Shown: positions 37,370 through 50,774 of the stretch, piece by piece
How the letters are laid out: every line of letters begins with the position of its first letter
Numbering within the stretch: position 1 is the stretch's first letter
NCBI RefSeq assembly: GCF_963921235.1
Contig: NC_086097.1
Span: forward strand, 59,336,001-59,400,000
DNA length: 64,000 nucleotides
Reading direction: 5' to 3'
Origin: Mobula hypostoma
Lineage: Eukaryota
Made by a program: the position numbers and the translations under genes
Notes under the pieces: generated by a model
Seen by the model: only the letters and a program-made list of their open reading frames with translations
Told to the model about the DNA's origin: nothing
Database searches by the model: none

Positions 37370-40305
37370 TTACAACATAATTGTATAAGGGCTAAGAGAG
37401 CTGTAAAAGAGCGCCTGAAGGCTTTGTGTGTCAATGCAAGGAGCATTTGTAACAAGGTGGATGAATTGAAAGTGCTGATTGTTATTAATGATTATGATAT
37501 AGTTGGGATCACAGAGACATGGCTCCAGGGTGACCAAGGATTGGAGCTCAACGTTCAGGGATATTCAATATTCAGGAGGGATAGACTTGAAAGAAAAGGA
37601 GGTGGGGTGGCGTTGCTGGTTAAAGAAGAGATTAACGCAATAGAAAGGAAGGACATAAGCCGGGAAGATGTGGAATCGATATGGGTAGAGCTGCGTAACA
37701 CTAAGGGGCAGAAAACACTGGTGGGAGTTGTGTACAGGCCACCTAACAGTAGTAGTGAGGTCGGAGATGGTATTAAACAGGAAATTAGAAATGTGTGCAA
37801 TAAAGGAACAGCAGTTATAATGGGTGACTTCAATCTACATGTAGATTGGGTGAAACAAATTGGTAAAGGTGCTGAGGAAGAGGATTTCTTGGAATGTATG
37901 CGGGATGGTTTTTTGAACCAACATGTCGAGGAACCAACTAGCGAGCAGGCTATTCTAGACTGGGTTTTGAGCAATGAGGAAGGGTTAATTAGCAATCTTG
38001 TCATGAGAGGCCCCTTGGGTAAGAGTGACCATAATATGGTGGAATTCTTCATTAAGATGGAGAGTGACACAGTTAATTCAGAAACAAAGGTTCTGAACTT
38101 AAAGAGGGGTAACTTTGAAGGTATGAGACGTGACTTAGCTAAGATAGACTGGAAATGACACTTAAAGGATTGACGGTGGATATGCAATGGCAAGCATTTA
38201 AGGATTGCATGGATGAACTACAACAATTGTTCATCCCAGTTTGGCAAAAGAATAAATCAAGGAAGGTAGTGCACCCGTGGCTGACAAGAGAAATTAGGGA
38301 TAGTATCAATTCCGAAGAAGAAGCATACAAATTAGCCAGAAAAAGTGGCTCACCTGAAGACTGGGAGAAATTCAGAGTTCAGCAGAGGAGGGCAAAGGGC
38401 TTAATTAGGAAGGAGAAAAAAGACTATGAGAGAAAACTGGCAGGGAACATAAAAACTGACTGTAAAAGCTTTTATAGATATGTAAAAAGGAAAAGACTGG
38501 TAAAGACAAATGTAGGTCCCCTACAGACAGAAACAGGTGAATTGATTATGGGGAGCAAGGACATGGCAGACCAATTGAATAATTACTTTGGTTCTGTCTT
38601 CACTAAGGACAACATAAATAATCTTCCAGAAATAGTAGGGGACAGAGAGTCCAGTGAGATGGAGGAACTGAGCGAAATACATGTTAATAGGGAAGTGGTG
38701 TTAGGTAAATTGAAGGGATTAAAGGCAGATAAATCCCCAGGGCCAGATGGTCTGCATCCCAGAGTGCTTAAGGCAGTAGCCCAAGAAATAGTGGATGCAT
38801 TAGTGATAATTTTTCAAAACTCGTTAGATTCTGGACTAGTTCCTGAGGATTGGAGGGTGGCTAATGTAACCCCTCTTTTTAAAAAAGGAGGGAGAGAGAA
38901 ACCAGGAACTATAGACCGGTTAGCCTAACGTCGGTGGTGGGGAAACTGCTGGAGTCAGTTATCAAAGATGTGATAACAGCACATTTGGAAAGCGGTGAAA
39001 TCTTCGGACAAAGTCAGCATGGATTTGTGAAAGGAAAATCATGTCTGACGAATCTCATAGAATTTTTTGAGGATGTAACTAGTAGAGTGGATAGGGGAGA
39101 ACCAGTGGATGTGGTATATTTGGATTTTCAAAAGGCTTTTGATAAGGTCCCACACAGGAGATTAGTGTGCAAACTTAAAGCACACGGTATTGCGGGTAAG
39201 ATATTGATGTGGATAGAGAATTGGTTAGCAGACAGGAAGCAAAGAGTGGGAATAAACGGGACCTTTTCAGAACGGCAGGCGGTGACTAGTGGGGTACCGC
39301 CAGGCTCAGTGCTGGGACCCCAGTTGTTTGCAATATATATTAATGACTTGGATGAGGGAATTAAACGCGGTATCTCCAAGTTTGCGGATGACACGAAGCT
39401 GGGCGGCAGTGTTAGCTGTGAGGAGGATGCTAAAAGGATGCAGGGTGACTTGGATAGGTTGGGTGAGTGGGCAAATTCATGGCAGATGCAATTTAATGTG
39501 GATAAATGTGAAGTTATCCACTTTGGTGGCAAAAATAGGAAAACAGATTATTATCTGAATGGTGGCCGATTAGGAAAAGGGGAGGTGCAACGAGACCTCG
39601 GTGTCATTATACACCAGTCATTGAAAGTGGGCATGCAGGTACAGCAGGCGGTGAAAAAGGCGAACGGTATGCTGGCATTTATAGCGAGAGGATTCGAGTA
39701 CAGGAGCAGGGAGGTACTACTGCAGTTGTACAAGGCCTTGGTGAGACCACACCTGGAGTATTGTGTGCAGTTTTGGTCCCCTAATCTGAGGAAAGACATC
39801 TTTGCCATAGAGGGAGTACAAAGAAGGTTCACCAGATTGATTCCTGGGATGGCAGGTCTTTCATATGAAGAAAGACTGGATGAACTGGGCTTGTACTCGT
39901 TGGAATTTAGAAGATTGAGGGGGGATCTGATTGAAACATATAAGATCCTAAAGGGATTGGACAGGCTAGATGCGGGAAGATTGTTCCCGATGTTGGGGAG
40001 GTCTAGAACGAGGGGTCACAGTTTGAGGATAGAGGGGAAGCCTTTTAGGACCGAGGTTAGGAAAAACTTCTTCACACAGAGAGTGGTGAATCTGTGGAAT
40101 TCTCTGCCACAGCAAACTGTTGAGGCCAGTTCATTAGCTATGTTTAAAAGGAAGTTAGATATGGCCCTTGTGGCTACAGGGGTCAGGGGGTATGGAGGGA
40201 AGGCTGGGTTCTGAGTTGGACGATCAGCCATGATCATAATAAATGGCGGTGCAGGCTCGAAGGGCCGAATGGCCTACTCCTGCACCTATTTTCTATGTTT
40301 CTATA
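37370..40305 (+). mobile_element. Young CR1 with complete ORF2 (two frameshifts), truncated just upstream of ORF2
   Basis: ORFs 37424-38158 (EN), 38155-38928 and 38934-40214 (RT); 10-bp TSD TATCTCATTA at 37360-37369 and 40306-40315. Confidence 0.96.
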
Positions 40306-42261
40306 TATCTCATTACTCTTCTATTTCCCAGGCACTCTGTCCTCAATGACAGGTTCCTATAACTCACCACGAGTTTTCAATAATAACATCAAAATGAATG
40401 TGAAACTAACATGTCTATTTCCAATTACTCCTGTCTTTCCTTCTTTTTTAAATAATGGAGTGACATTTGTAATTTGCTAATCATCATTTTAAAAGCTCCA
40501 GATAATTATGATAAATGCATCTGCACATCTCTCATTTTGTTTAATATTCTGTGGTGGTAACCATCAGGACTGAGAAATTTGTTCGTTTTAAGCACATTTT
40601 ATCATTTTATTTATCAGCTTACCGCTTTTTTGTCATTGCTAAATCAAGTAACTTCTTTTGGTTAATCTGTTGACTCATTAGCTTTCACTTGAAACCATTT
40701 GGTACCATTGATAGCTTGCTATGACTTTATAGTGCTATAATCTCTCTTGACCTCTTCACCATATCAGATTATCACACAGCTTCCCGGATATTCAGTGCTG
40801 GAAAAGCAGCTAAATGCCTTGAGTACCGAAGCTGTTGTCCACCTTAAGTGTTTGTTCTTTGGTGTCTAATGTTGATCTGCACTGTTCCAAATGTTGGTGT
40901 TGTGTTTGACTGAGGAGTGCTTCTAGTCACAAATCCAAACCAACAGCCTAGCCTACATTCTTCCCTGTGCATCACTTGAATAAATGCCTGATTCAGGCTC
41001 ACTGTAAGCTTTGATATTTCCAATGCACAGCTGCCCTTTCTTGTTTTCTCTGCAATGACTCTATAATTTCTTCAGCTCTCTGCTGCTGTTGTTTCAATGA
41101 ACACCATGTTTAGCCATCACTCCATCTTTATTGAATAATTCCTAGATAAGTGTAGAAACATAGTTCCTTAGCTGATAGTATTTGAACGTTTGTAAGCTAT
41201 GAGATAAATATTAGTCTGGGTCACCAGGGATAACCTACCTACTTTCTTTCAAAATAGAACCAGAGGATTTGTTTAACATTTATCTGAATATATGATCTGT
41301 TCTTTGCTTTAACAGCACATTCAAAGGATAAGATCTCAAGGAATGCAACCAGTCATCAGCACTCCAATGGAATATTAGCCTACATTTTTGTGCTGAAAAC
41401 TTGCACAGTCAACTGGGTCAAGTGCTCAAGGACTGTGATCTGAGGTTCCCAACTGCTTCAAGATGACATCAGTTGTACTGGTGCCCAAGAAAAGCAAGGT
41501 GAACTGTCTTAATGACTACTGTCCAGTAATGATTACATCCACATAATAAAGTGCTTCGAGAGAGAGGTTGGTTATGGCTGGAATTAACTCCTGACTCAGT
41601 AAGGACCTGGACTCATTCCAATTTGCTTATCCCCACTTTAGGTTTATAGTATATGCTGGCTCTCTGTCCTGCTGTGGAATGCCTGGACAACTGGACTACA
41701 TATGTGAGACAGTTACCCATTGACCACAGTTCGATGGCATGAACTCCTTAAAACTTATCATCAGGCTCCAAGACCTGGGTCTCTGTACATCCCTCTGCAA
41801 TTGGATCCTCTACTTCCTCACTGAGAGACCACAGATTAGAAACCTCATCTCCTCCTTGCTGACCATCCACACAGGTGCATCCAGTGCCATGTGCTTAGCT
41901 CCCTGCTCTACTCTGTCTGTACCTGTGATTTGACTGGTAGTTGGTGACATGGGGGCATACAAGAATGGGATAGGTCAGCTGTTTGAGTAGTGTCATAACA
42001 ACTTTGAATACCAGCAAGAAAATGACTCAGGGTTATATACGGTGACATACATGTACTTTGCTAATGAATTTACTTTGATCTTTGAAATTTGAACAACCTT
42101 GTACTTGATGCCAGCAAAACCAAGGAACTAATCGTAGACTGTAGGAATGGGAATTCAAGTGAGCTAACAACAGTCCTCATTGAAGGGTCTGTAGTGGAAA
42201 GGGTGAGCAACTTCAAGTTCCTGAATGTCAACATCTTGGAGGATCTATCTTTTTCACAAGG

Positions 42262-43018
42262 TGTCTTGCAAATGCTGGAAATCCAGAGCAATACACACAA
42301 AATGCTGGAGGAACTCAACAAGTCAGGCAGCATCTATGGAAATGAAAAAGTACTCAAATTTTCACGTCAAGACACTTCATCAGGACTAGAAAGGAAGGCA
42401 GAAGATGCCAGAATAAGTGTGTTGGGGAAGTGGAATGATGACAAACTAGAATGTGATAGCTGAAGCCAGGGATGTGGGGGAATGGGGAATGAAGTATGAA
42501 GCTTGGAAGTGAAAAGAGGAAAAAACAAAGGGCTGGAGAAAAAAAAAATCTGAAGGGAGAAGAGAGTGGATCATGTGAGAAAGGGGGGAGGAGGGGCACA
42601 AGGCAGATGTGGTAAACACGATGAATTCTGCAGATGCTGGAAATTCAAGCAACACACATCAAAGTTGCTGGTGAAAGAGAAGATTTAAACTTCTTCAGTG
42701 TAGGCATCACGGAGAATCTCTTACTAGCTCTTCCTTCAGTTAGTCCTGACGAAGGGTCTCGGCCCAAAACGTCGACTGTACCTCTTCCTGGAGATGCTGC
42801 CTGGCCTGCTGCATTCACCAGCAACTTTTATGTGTGAGGCAGATGTGGTAGACAGGTAAAGAGGAGAAGTCAGAGCCCAGAGTGGGGAAATGAAGAGGGA
42901 AAGAGAAGGGAAAAATGCAGGGTTAGAGAAGTTGATGCACATGTCATCAGTTTGGAGGTTACCAAGTGAGAATACGAGGTGTTACTCCTCCAACCTGTGA
43001 ATAACTTCATCATGGCAG
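42262..43018 (-). mobile_element. Older Penelope-like element 3' fragment
   Basis: Minus strand encodes RLEE*HLVFSLGNLQTDDMCINFSN (PLE ORF C-terminus), then a pyrimidine-rich UTR and a decayed hammerhead CTGATGA..GAAA at ~42352-42387. Confidence 0.75.
42615..42836. mobile_element. Young fold-back PLE insertion with a hammerhead at 42742-42777 (GAAA>AAAA)
   Basis: 14-bp TSD AGGCAGATGTGGTA at 42601-42614 and 42837-42850; inverted arms at ~42653-42675 and 42813-42836. Confidence 0.85.
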
Positions 43019-44399
43019 ATCAATCCTGGGCCCAGCACATAGATGTAACTATCAAGAAAGCATTCCAGTATCTTTACTTTCTTTGAAATTTGTGGAGATT
43101 CAGCATGTCATCAAGACTCTGACAAACTTCTTCAGATGTACAGTGGAAAGCATTCTGACTAGTTACATCACAACCTGATATGGAAACTTCAATGCACAGC
43201 AATGCAAGAGACTACAGAGAGTGGTGGACTCAAGCTAGTTCCATCCTAGGATTAAGGATCATTAAAGATCCCTACCATGTGGGCCATGAACACTGCTCAT
43301 TGCTGCCATCAGATAGGAGGTACAGGAGCCTGAAGACCCACACCTCAACATTCAACTCTTGAACCACCCTGAAGAACCCTAATTCTTTCCTGGACTATAT
43401 TTCCTTCAACTTGTACTAATGTTGTTATGTTTATTTTTGTTTATTTTGTCATATGTTATCTATAATTTATGTTAATGTAATCTACATTTATCATGTCTGT
43501 AATGTAGTGTGCTGTTGTTACTAAAAACTAGTGTTTATGGTATTTATACCCTGAACATATATGCCCATTACAATAAAGTTGAACTTATGTCCTGGACAGC
43601 TCTTGAATCTACAACCTTGTGACTCAAAACTAAGTAGGCTGTCCACTATAACATAGCTTACAATATATACTGCAACTAACCTGTATTAGTAGTTCCCAGT
43701 TTTAATGACAGGCTTTACATTATCGGAAAATAAAATATTCCATTGAAACAGAAGTGGACACAATAATTGAAGTGGTTGATACGACAATGTCTCTCGCATC
43801 TGGTCCAGTTAATAAAGGACTTCTCTGCACTGTCATTTGGCTGAATGCTCCAGTTGTTAGTAGAAAACCCAAAGGTATTGATGATTTTACACTGGAAGAA
43901 CTTGATAATTGCTGTCAAACACAACACAGAAGGTTGAACCGTTACATGTTTAGGTGTTGCATCACCAGCATTTTATCATCAGACACCAGCTGCTTCGAAG
44001 TGAACAAAGATAATTTTACCCCTTGTGCTCAAAGCTCTAGTTAGCTATCAGATTACTGTCTAGGTTTAATTTCAGACCCAAGTAGGTAATTAAAAAAAAA
44101 CATGAAATTGATTATTCTAATGAGCGCATTTATTTATTTTTAATTTCTTGATCCAAGTTTGTCTTTAGAGACAAATACACTTCCACACTGTTGTGTATGT
44201 GGCCTGGTTACACGACAATGCTATTAATAAAATCGCTGGAGATGGGGGCTAAGGTTCATGGTTCTTTACTGGCAGAAACCGAACTTGGCACACATGTACA
44301 GATCAATATGTGCCTAATAGCGCATGCAACAACGTGTCCCTGCAACATAAAGTAGCCCCTTATGATACTGAAGGCCATACAGTACACACATATCCACTG

Positions 44400-45192
44400 G
44401 AGACCTACGCAATTTCCTCCAGTTCATCTGCAAGGCAGCTTATTTTTCTTCTCTCATGTCTTTCTTTCCTTTTCAAGGTGGCTGGGGTCCTGTCAGAGTC
44501 CGTGATCTACAGCTACAACTTAAACTACAGTTCTCCGCGAGCAGTGGATTCTTCGATTGGCCATGTGGCCTGGCATTTCAATATCTCCAGAAGAGGCCTG
44601 GAAGATGTGTGCCTTTAGGGTGCGGTCCCGTAGATGATGTCTCCGACTGAAGTCTGAAACATCAGGAGAGCAGGCAGTATGCAGTGTTGTCGGAAGAAGA
44701 CCCTGTACTTGAACAATCCTCTCTCTCTCTCATTTTTATGGTGAGTGAGAGCCTGTTGGTCCTCAAGTCGGGGGGTTTGGAGAAGCGATGCAGAAGATTG
44801 TAACATCAGAACAGCAAGTTGCTGGTCTGTCACTCTTGTTGCGGGAGCGATATCTCTGTACCTTGCCGGTGAGAAAGAGCCTGCCTGAGATACCAAGGTG
44901 TTAGGTTATGAACTGTAGTTTTTTAATGGACTCTAGATCAAAGTCTCTTTGGGGGCTTTAGCTATTTCTTGCACGACGGTGGTGTCAGGGCTTTTGCTGA
45001 TGCAAGTGGGGGGAGGGGTGTGGGAGGGTTGATGCTTCAGTGTGGTCAGGGGGGAGGGGGCTTTGGGGTTCTGATAATTCTTTCATTCATTCTTCAGGGT
45101 CTTTTTTTTGTGGATGTCTGCAAAGAGTAAGAATTTCAGGATTTATACTGTATAAATTCTCTGTTATTAAATTGAACCACTTGAACCATTTG
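44400..45192 (+). mobile_element. Non-autonomous ORF-less retroelement related to 640-1447
   Basis: Same 3' terminus (GTGGATG..AAGAATTTCAGG..ATTAAATTGAACCACTTGAACC) and a similar pyrimidine-rich 5' part. Confidence 0.6.
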
Positions 45193-45387
45193 ATTTAAAT
45201 ATGCTGCTCTAAACAAATGGCTAAAGGAAGAATTTAAGATTAAAAATAAAGTCTTCATACTTATTTTAAAGACATAAAGTCCTCTAAACAAGTTTGTATT
45301 TTTCTGTCTGTGAAAATCATTCTTTATTTCCAAGAAGAGCAATAATTAGTGGAAACACCAATGCTATTGAATGGAAAAGCCTAAAAA

Positions 45388-46556
45388 GTGGTGGATTCAA
45401 TCTCGCTGGCTCTGCACTCAACCTTGATTCATATGGACAACAGTAATAGCTATGCTAGGCTGCTGATTATTGACTACAGCTCAGTGTTCAACACAATAAG
45501 GCCCTCACTTCTAATCAACAAGGTCCAAAACCTGGGCCTGTACAACTGTATCCTTGCCTTCCCCACCAGGAGACCACTGTCTATGTGGTTTAGAAACAAC
45601 ATCTCCTCCTCGTTGACAATCAACACTGACATACTTCAAAGATGTGTGCTTAACCCACTGCTCTACTCTCTCTACGCCCACAATTATCTGGCTAGGCACA
45701 GCTTAAATGCCATCCATTAATTTGCCGATGACACAACTATTCTTGCCAGGATTTCAGATGGTGACTGACAAGGATGTGTACAGGAGCAAGATACATCAAC
45801 TGGTTGAGTGGTGTTGCAACAATAACATTGCATACAATGTCATTAAGACCAAGAAATTGATTATGGACCAGAAAGGGGGAGTTAAAAGAACACACACCAG
45901 TCTGCACTGAGGGATCAGAAGTGGAAAAGGTGAGCATTTTCAATTTCCTTGGTGTCAGAACCTCTGAGGACCAATCTGGGCCCAACATATTGATGCAATT
46001 ATAAAGAAGCTAAGGCAGTGGCTATATTTCATTAGAACTCTGAGGAGAACTGATATGTCAACGAAGACACAAATTTCTACAGATGCATCATGGAGAGCAT
46101 TCTAACTGGTTGTATCACCACCTGGTATGGAGGGGCTAATGCACAGGATTGGAAAATACTACAGGAAGTTGTGAACCCTGCCAGCTCCATCATGGGTACG
46201 TGCCTCGCAGCATCCAAGACACCATCAAATGGCAATGCCTTAAAAAGGCAGCTTCCATCATTAAGAACCCCATCACCCAGGACATGCCCTTTTCTCATTG
46301 CTACCATCAAGGAGGTGGTACAGGAACCTCTAGAGTGTTTCAGGAGCAGCTTCTTCCCCTTTGCCATCAGAGGTTTGAATGAACAATGAACACTATCTCA
46401 GTAGGTTTTTTTCTTCCTCTCTTTGTGCATTACTCATTTGATTTCATTTTCTTTTATATTGTTCTTATTGTAATTTATAGTTTTTATTATTAGATATTGC
46501 ATTGTACAAGTTTCACGGCATATGTCAGCAATATTAAGCCTGATTCTGATTCTGAA
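45388..46556 (+). mobile_element. Rex1-type LINE 3' part, degraded
   Basis: YARLLIIDYSSVFNTI, CVLNPLLYSLY, ESILTGCITTWYG; (TGATTC)n tail. Confidence 0.85.
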
Positions 46557-46984
46557 TTGGATACAGACCAGTCTATCACAGTTAAAGCCCTCCTCCCCAC
46601 TGTGCACATCTACTGTGAATGCTGACAAGAAAATTAATCTCAGGATAGTATGTGGTGATATAAATGTACTTTGATAATAAATTTAATTTGAAATTTGAAC
46701 ATTTTTAACTTTCAAACATGAGGTTGGCAAGGGATAAAATGTCCCACTGTACCTATCTAATTTCATCTCAATTATTTTTCTTTTCGCAGCCAAGAATTCC
46801 CCGAAATGAAATACAGAAGACCCTTGACTGTGTACACACACTTTTATACTCTATCTCTTGTTTCTTCTCTCATAGTTGCTCTGCTCATCTCTTGGAAAAA
46901 GCCATGACACAGAAGTTTTGCCTTCAGTTTTGATCCCATTAGTATTTGTCATGAGCCTTTCAATCATCATTGTCTAAAGTGTTT

Positions 46985-48100
46985 TTTAACACAGATTACG
47001 GCTCTTTCACCAACTACGTCCATGCTGACTGTTTTATCCATCTACTCAAAGGACATTTATCCACTTTAAATCTATATCCTTCTATACCTCTCCTATTCAT
47101 TGCCTGTCCAATGCCTCTTAAATGCAGCAGTTGTGTCTGATTCTACTGCCTCCGCTGGCAAGGCATTCAAAATGTCAACTTTTTCCTCTCTGTATAAAAA
47201 CTTTACCTTCTAATTCCCTTTCAACCCCCACACTCTCACCTTAAACTCATACTCTCTCATTTTTATATGTGTAGCATGGGACAATGTATATGATTCTCTA
47301 TGTTGTCTATGCCTCTCATAATTTTAAACACCTCTATTAGATCTCCTCTCAGCCTCTTTTGCTACATGGAAAAACAAGCCCAGTCTACCCATTTTTTTCA
47401 CAACTAAAGCCATCCAGTCTGGGTGACGTCCTGATGTATCTCCTCTGCACTCCCCATTGTAATCACTTCCTTCCTACGTTATGGTGATCACCCTATGCAC
47501 CCATGCACCAAGTGCAGTCCAATCAGTGTTTTGTAAAGCTGTGTCATGACATCTCAACATTTATGTATATTCTATGCTCTGACCTATGCAGGCAAGCATG
47601 GCATATGACATTCTGCATCCACCTGTATTCCCTTTTTCGGGGAACTATAAACTTGAACCTCAAGGTTCAAGAAAATGAATGTTCACAAGAAAACAAACCT
47701 TGGGATTGTATGGTGACATATATGTACTTCAATAATAAATTTACTTTGAACTTTGAGGTCTCATTAACATTCTGTAACACACTTCAATTTACAATATATG
47801 ATCTTCCCTTATTTGACTCCCCTTATCCCTATTGGGCTTAAATTCGACGTGGCATGTTCTATCCAACCGTCTAATTGATCTCTATCCTGCTGCAGCATTA
47901 GACAACCTTCCTTGCTATCCAAAACACAGCAATTTTCACGTCATCTGTAAACATGTTAATCATACCTCCATTCACATCTGAGTTAGTGATATCATTTCCT
48001 GCACTGATCCATGTGATACACCACTAGTCAATCATAAAAAACATTGTTCTGCAATTACGTTCATCCTTCTATCAGCAGGTCAGTATTGATCCAATTAGCA
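46985..48100 (-). mobile_element. Old CR1 3' fragment
   Basis: CTCTCACCTTAAAC, AGATCTCCTCTCAGCCTC and CACTGATCCATGTGATACACCACTAGT are decayed CR1 RT motifs. Confidence 0.7.
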
Positions 48101-48134
48101 TTAATTTTCTTATCACTGTTGCAGGATTATAGTT

Positions 48135-48620
48135 ACTTTGAATATAGTGTTTTGTTCATTTCTGGTCACCTCATTATAGGAATTATATGGAGGATTTAGA
48201 GAGGGTGCAGGGGTGATGTATTAGGATGCTGCCAGGATTAGAGAAGATGTCTTAAGAGTATAAGTTGATCAAGCGAGGGCTATTCTCTCTGGAGCAAAGG
48301 AGGATGTGACTTGATGGAGGTGTACAAGATGATCAGAGGCATGGACAGAGTGGATACCCAGGAATGAAATGGATAATACAAGGGGGCATAATTTTAAGGT
48401 GATTGGGGGAAACTACAGGGGAAGGGGCAGCACATCAGAGATAGGAGCATAATACCAGAGTTGGTAGTGGAGGCATATACTCATTAGAGACTCTTAGATA
48501 GGCATATAGATGAAAAGAAAATGGAGAGCAATGTTAGATCAATCTTGGAGTAGGTTAGAAGATCGGTACAACATTGTGGGCTGAAGGGCCTATACTGTGC
48601 TACATTGCCCTATATTCTGA
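48135..48620 (+). mobile_element. CR1 3' fragment
   Basis: TTCTGGTCACCTCATTATAGG..., ACAACATTGTGGGCTGAAGGGCC 3' UTR. Confidence 0.8.
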
Positions 48621-50320
48621 CCTGCCTTAGTCCTGCTGCCCTTCTTAAATAAAATAACATTAGTCATCCTCCTGTCTAGTGGAACCTCACCTGGGGCTAA
48701 TGAAGATGCTGAAATCTTGAGCAGGGAAAGTCTGTACTTGTCAAGATCAGTGCAACATCATGGCCGAATGGCCTGCCCAGTGCTGTACTATTCTGTGTTC
48801 TCTCCATTCTATGTTCTAAAGCTTACAAGCTTGAATGGAACAAATGAATGAAGGCTTATATTAGTTCCGATAAATGCGAGGTTATAATTTTTTTGCTTCA
48901 GTGGTACATTAATTTGATGCAATTGCATTTGGATACTTGGATTGCACTTTATGTTGAAATGCTTTGAACCAAACCCTGATCAGTAGACAGCTACAGAAAA
49001 GGTTTTAAGTATTCCTGATTCTTTCCTGTTGCTGACGAATAAGGTCTCTCCCTTTCAAAAGTTTTCATAAGGAGCAGAAGGATGTAAAAACGTAGTGACA
49101 TATAAGGAGTGATGAATATGTCCTATTGAAATGAACACGAGGTAGGCTGTGAATCTGATATCACTTCATTCACCACATCAGTGTAATCCCACCACCAAGT
49201 GCAGCTTCCTTCTACTTCTTACTCACACAAAAAACAATGTTTATTCCTTGATGCCCTTACCGCCTGCTCTCGTTAACTTGGTATCTTTTTCATTGGCTGT
49301 AATTGTAGAATGTGCAGTCACTGGATCTCACACCTTACAAAAGGTTCATTCAACGTTACACTTGTTTTCTCCACGGCAATCTGATTCTACACTCATTCTG
49401 TTTTTGTTATCTTCTATTGACATCCTAAATTAAGTGAAAGATTTCACAATTTTCAGTGTGCATAAGTCCTTCCACATCCTCATAAATCTTGATCTCCATC
49501 TGTTCCAGTTTATCATGCAAGGTAATCAGTATTCAGATCTGAGGCATTTTGTATGTTCAACTGGCTTTTGTCACCTTGCAAATCAGCCTTCTTGGGGCAC
49601 CATTCTGGTCCCTGCTCTGTTTAATTAAATGCGCCAGGGGCCTCTCAATATTTGTCACATTAAGAGTATCTAATTGTTTCAAGCAGTTCATTATCTGCTT
49701 CTCTTCAAAGAAAACATCCTGAATGCTTTACTACATTACAACGGCCTAGTGGGAGAGACTTACTGTAGATAGAGCGTAATGCTGACATGAACTAGTTATG
49801 CTGAATGGCCTTCTGTGCTGTTCATTGTATGTAATACAAAATCCAATTTATTGTAATCTCTGATTATTGGCGTGTGACAGGAACAACATTGATACATTGA
49901 TATTGGACTTCAGCCAGCATGATAATGATCCATCAGGCATACAGAAACTAAGGTGAAAGCGCAGAGCTTTTACAGTGCCATTGCAGATTATTCAGAGCTG
50001 CTGCTAACATAAATTATGATTCCGTGCATCACGAGGGTAAGAAGGCAATTAGGCAGATGAAGTGGGATCTGTGAAAACATTCATCCACAATCATGTGCAT
50101 CCACATGAAAACAATCCTGAATTGTTTCTCTGTTGGCTAAAGCCCAAAAACATTTCTCTGAGTTATTGCCAATTATTGACAAGCCCTGGTATTCCTGCAA
50201 ACTTGTGAGAATATTCTCAGGGGCAGAAGACAGCAATGAACTGACAACTGGTCCAACTGGATGCACATACATGAGGGTAGGAAAAGCTGCAGAAATACAT
50301 TGCACAGATAGACAGGCTAA

Positions 50321-50774
50321 AGGCTGATTTATACCTGTGCCTACGGGTTACGCCGTAGGCCTGATTTATACTTTTGCGTAGCCCTACGCCGTAGCGAGCA
50401 TGCGTAGTTGTGTCTGCGTCACTCTGCAATTCACCGCCAAAACATTAGTTGGTGGTGGGGTTTCTATGCCACTGTGTTGAGTTTCTTTGTGAGAGACGTG
50501 GACGAGAAAATGCATTTCAAATATTTTCGGATGTCGGCAAGTAGATTTGACAATTTGGTTCATCGTCCCCAGCCATTTATTTCGCATCAGTGTACAGATA
50601 TGGCGGAGAAAAGCAACCGGAAATGCAATGTTACCAAACGGACTAATCACAGTTGTTGCAGTCTGCGTCGCTGTGACGCGTCAGTTACATTTTTGGGGAG
50701 GTGCACGTCACCCTACAGCGTAGGGTACGCGGTACCAACAGCATACATTTGACGCAGAAGTGTAAATTGGGCTT
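50321..50774 (+). mobile_element. Non-autonomous PIF/Harbinger transposon
   Basis: TAA flanks; imperfect TIRs AGGCTGATTTATAC / GTGTAAATTGGGCT; transposase N-terminal motif [20 protein letters not shown]. Confidence 0.8.

Larger units (their letters stand above)
41404..43587 (+). mobile_element. Degraded Rex1-type LINE, interrupted by a tail fragment (42020-42090) and a PLE (42262-43018)
   Basis: GLCTSLCNWILYFLT, SKTKELIVD, FKFLNVNI, LLPSDRRYRSLK. Confidence 0.8.
41210..43650 (-). mobile_element. DeuSINE (SacSINE1/AmnSINE-like) in two parts, 41210-41403 and ~43588-43650
   Basis: CACCAGGGATAAC..CTTTCAAAATAG..CAGCACTCCAATGGAATATTAGCCTACATTTTTGTGCT resembles the antisense Deu domain; the tRNA head (CTTGAATCTACAACCTTGTGACTCA) resumes after the Rex insert. 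Confidence 0.6.

Noticed and set aside
44189..44390. Possible ~200-bp solo LTR (TGTTGTGTA...TACACACA)
   Set aside because: No clear TSD and no second copy in the window.
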